Positions 60,717 through 64,000 of a stretch of 64,000 nt of DNA are shown here, piece after piece. Under the pieces are notes generated by a model. The model was not told the DNA's origin and did not search any database. It saw nothing but the letters and a program-made list of their open reading frames with translations. Each line of letters starts with the position of its first letter. Within the stretch, counting starts at the first letter, position 1. Source of the stretch: Phoronis australis (Eukaryota; Animalia; Phoronida); the NCBI GenBank assembly GCA_002633005.1, contig NMRA01000328.1, positions 123,195 to 187,194 of the forward strand, written 5' to 3'. Both the position numbers and the translations under genes were made by a program.

Positions 60717-63700
60717 CTGTAAATTGGTAAAGAAACAAAAGCACAATTGTTGTAATGTGAAACAAATGTGGGCGAGACAGCATCAAACTGTTTTTGGACA
60801 CTTTATACCAGGACCTCACACCAATAGAAAATCACCAAGACGTCACAGCATTGATGTGGAACACCAGGTCTCACATCAAATTCCATCAATAAGAGCGAGG
60901 GACTCCTGCAAACAACACAACCAGGGCAGTTTCAAATAAACACCAAAGAAACTTTGCAGACTTAACCAAGCACCAACTGTTATTAAACCATCAGTCTCTT
61001 TGACCAACTGAACAAATTACTGTAATAGGGGAAAAGTAATGAATCACATAAACACAACTCTTAGAGATGTTGGTTTGACCAAAAGGCAGTTGAAAGCATT
61101 ACCAGCACCATCAGCATCAGCAGTGATAACAATGGTCAAGTTGACTACAACATAATTTAACATAGAAAAATAACCAAGGAAGGGTTTTTCTTGTTTTGTG
61201 GCATAAACCAATCCAGCCAGCCATTCATCACAGTGGGAATGTTCTAGATGAGTGCATACATCTAATACACAACTCAAACAGCTATGTCAAGGTTTTGTCA
61301 GGTCATTGACAAGGATATGGCTGGACAGTGGCCACTTCTTTGGTGGTCATTAGCACTAATCCACTCAGACCATAAACTGACCATGGGAAAATCATGCTTC
61401 TATGGCAATCAGGTCCACTCATCAACTCATCTTAACGGCATTACAGGGTCTATCAGGCTTTAAGTAGCCCTAAAATGGCACACAAATATGTTGACAAGAT
61501 GGAGATGTCTAACAGTTCCAAACATTGAATTGCTAAAATAGAATGTTGGCATTCACAGAAACAAGGCAAGAATTCCTCCCCATGAGGGTCCACAGAAAAC
61601 AGTGTGAAAGATCGGAATTTTCCAGCACTTATGATTTTATTGGATAAGACAGACATATAAACATTGGTGTCTATTAAGGCTTATTAGTTTATTGTAAAAA
61701 GCAGCCATTACAAGCCATGAGAACATTCTCACAATTCCAATAGCAAATTTGAGAAGAACTAAAAGACAGATATGTTTTCCTCAGGTGTGATTAATAAAAA
61801 TGTTATCAAATATGCCGAGTGTATTCCCGGCATGTTTCAAACAATAAACATGTGTCATTGATATAGCATTTACAGAAAAACCAGACCTCTAATTCATGTA
61901 CCACATGGAAATGAAACTTAACTCCTCCCAATGAATACATTTTGTACCCCTTATAACCTCCCTAGGTACAGTGGTTACTGATGAGATTGTTTACTGTGGT
62001 GGGAAAAACAACATGATAATAAATAAATAACAAATAAGCATACACCTCAACCCTTTTTTGCTCTGATTACAACACGTTCTCGAAAAAGAACAACTAGCGA
62101 AGCATAGCACTGACCAATTGGATGCACTGGCAATGGGGCATCAGAAACATTCCCCCTACCACCACTTTTGCACTTCACGTTGTTTGCTCCCTCCGTTGTT
62201 GTCCATTTTGCTGAATTCTCCTCATAATACTTCATTGTAACTACCGGTAAGACGCCAAGTAACATGGATTTTCAATGGCAAACAAGTGTAGTGGACAGAA
62301 AGAAAAAAGTCATCTATCCCGAGTTATTTATGCAGAATATTTTTTATTGAAATTGAACAGTGGTCACTACTTGAGTGGTTGCAGCAGGTCATTGCCTGAA
62401 GGTCATTGCACCAGTCATGGCCTATCCAGGGCAGGATTATGACTAAATAATAAAAATGACCAATTATCTCCTCTGTTGCCAAACCTACACACTAGCATGG
62501 CTTCAGAAACAGTAATCAATAGGTTGACCATACTGGCATCACCCCATGAAACAGGAAGAGACAAACAATTTGTAAATGTACCTGCCAGGTAATCACCCCC
62601 AGTTATTCACTATCAAGCACAAACAGGAATATTATCTCCACTAAAACAGGTATTGTAAGAGCTTTAGATCTGATGTAAAGCACTTGGATTTAGGGTAAAC
62701 CAGCGCCTTAAAGGGAACTTTCTACGTAAGTTCCAACAAGTAGCAGTATAAATGCTTCTACAATTTTTAAAACCTTTAAAAAATCTAGTATTTGTGTATT
62801 AATAATGGCCATTGTAGATTTTTGCAGCATTAACACTATATTCACTTGCAGTTCAGTTGCATAAATTATCACCTTGTATATCAGCAGTTGGTCAGTATCT
62901 GGCCATATGAATATTGTCATGGTAAAACTCTTCATTTCCAGAAAGTGACACTATAAACTTATTTTTTGAAGCAGGCAATGTCTCCAGTCCACAGTAAAAT
63001 AAACACTTTCAAAAAGGTTTAAGTGGTTCCCTTCCATCACAAAAACAACTTTTGATTGAGACCACTTACCATTACCATATGAAATTGGTTGTTGATTATT
63101 CCTTAATCATAATAAATGAGATTTCTGGGCATAAAAAATCCGATTTGCCATGACATGTCATTTTTCTCCCTCCAACATGATTTCAAGCTAACAAACAGCC
63201 AGGACTAGCAAGACCAAAAAATCACTTGTCATGTATGCAAGTTGACTATTAGGTCAATGTTACAGGGTAGGTGGTCAAAATCTACAGGTAAGTTCTTCAA
63301 TAGTCATTAAGTTTACCTCAGTCCAATATCTTAGATTGAAAGTAACATGTAGGTATAAGTATTTCACGATGGCATTTAATTCAAGTAAAAATTGCAATTC
63401 ACAAAAAAGAAAATTGACCAGGTGCTACTTTCAGAATTTTACTATCTCCAACTTCAGTATTTGAAGAATGTCTAACTCTTTGGAACTTATCCTCGCCTTG
63501 AGAAATGACAACATGAAACGGGTTGTGAGGGTACTGTGTTCTGATTGTAATTGGAATAAGCTTTGGTCTAGACTGCCTCTTGAACCCTTCCCATCAAGGG
63601 TTTTGGTGTGACTCGTCTTCACTCAGGTATAACATTGTTAGTACACTAATTTCAAAATCCCAAGAAACTGTCCGACCTTACTGTCAAAAAATGCAACAAA

Positions 63701-64000
63701 AATGCCACTTGTAGCTTCAGTTACTCTCCTGGGGCAGTTCCAAAGATCATGTCACAACAATGACCCCATAGTGCAGTACAGTTACTACCTGAAGGCCATG
63801 CAGACTCTCAACATCTATGCCTAATGTATCAGTTTTGAGGACTGTTGCATCTAGAATTTTTACTTGTGAACTCCTAGACCTTAAAGGAGAAGGCAACCTT
63901 TTTCGTGTTATTTTTAGTAAAAATAAGTTTCGTTGATTATCCCAGATATATTTTTCATTCAATAATGGCTTCCTGTAATTTTATTATCTAGTCGTGCCTT

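Noticed and set aside
62047-63962. Minus-strand ORFs of 60-75 aa near the window end
   Set aside because: No recognisable domains or consistent splice-bounded frames.

Overview
AT-rich, intron-containing animal genomic DNA. It is most consistent with an invertebrate, possibly a deuterostome, but the species cannot be determined. The one complete gene is a five-exon D-type cyclin on the minus strand (39247->26103, 286 aa, with LxCxE, cyclin box and C-terminal TPTD degron). About 2 kb downstream of it on the same strand (~24000->21074) lies an intronless, stop- and frameshift-riddled reading frame that the ORF track fragments. By manual translation it reads as a Mab-21/cGAS-like nucleotidyltransferase (cGLR) followed by a TRPM-type N-terminal region (SLOG/MHR1-2 and the start of MHR3). 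This putative 'second-messenger synthase + nucleotide-sensor/channel N-terminus' architecture is the top finding; it rests on by-eye motif alignment and needs HMM confirmation. Positions 3078-8932 hold a nested set of DNA transposon derivatives: a TA-target Tc1/mariner-pogo-like shell containing a TTAA-target Kolobok derivative (THAP and KolX-like stubs) and a foldback-like element. Also present are a CTCF-like-motif-rich degenerate repeat, several minisatellites and MITEs, orphan exons of probable neighbouring genes, and a mosaic CpG pattern. Most ORFs in the supplied track are spurious.
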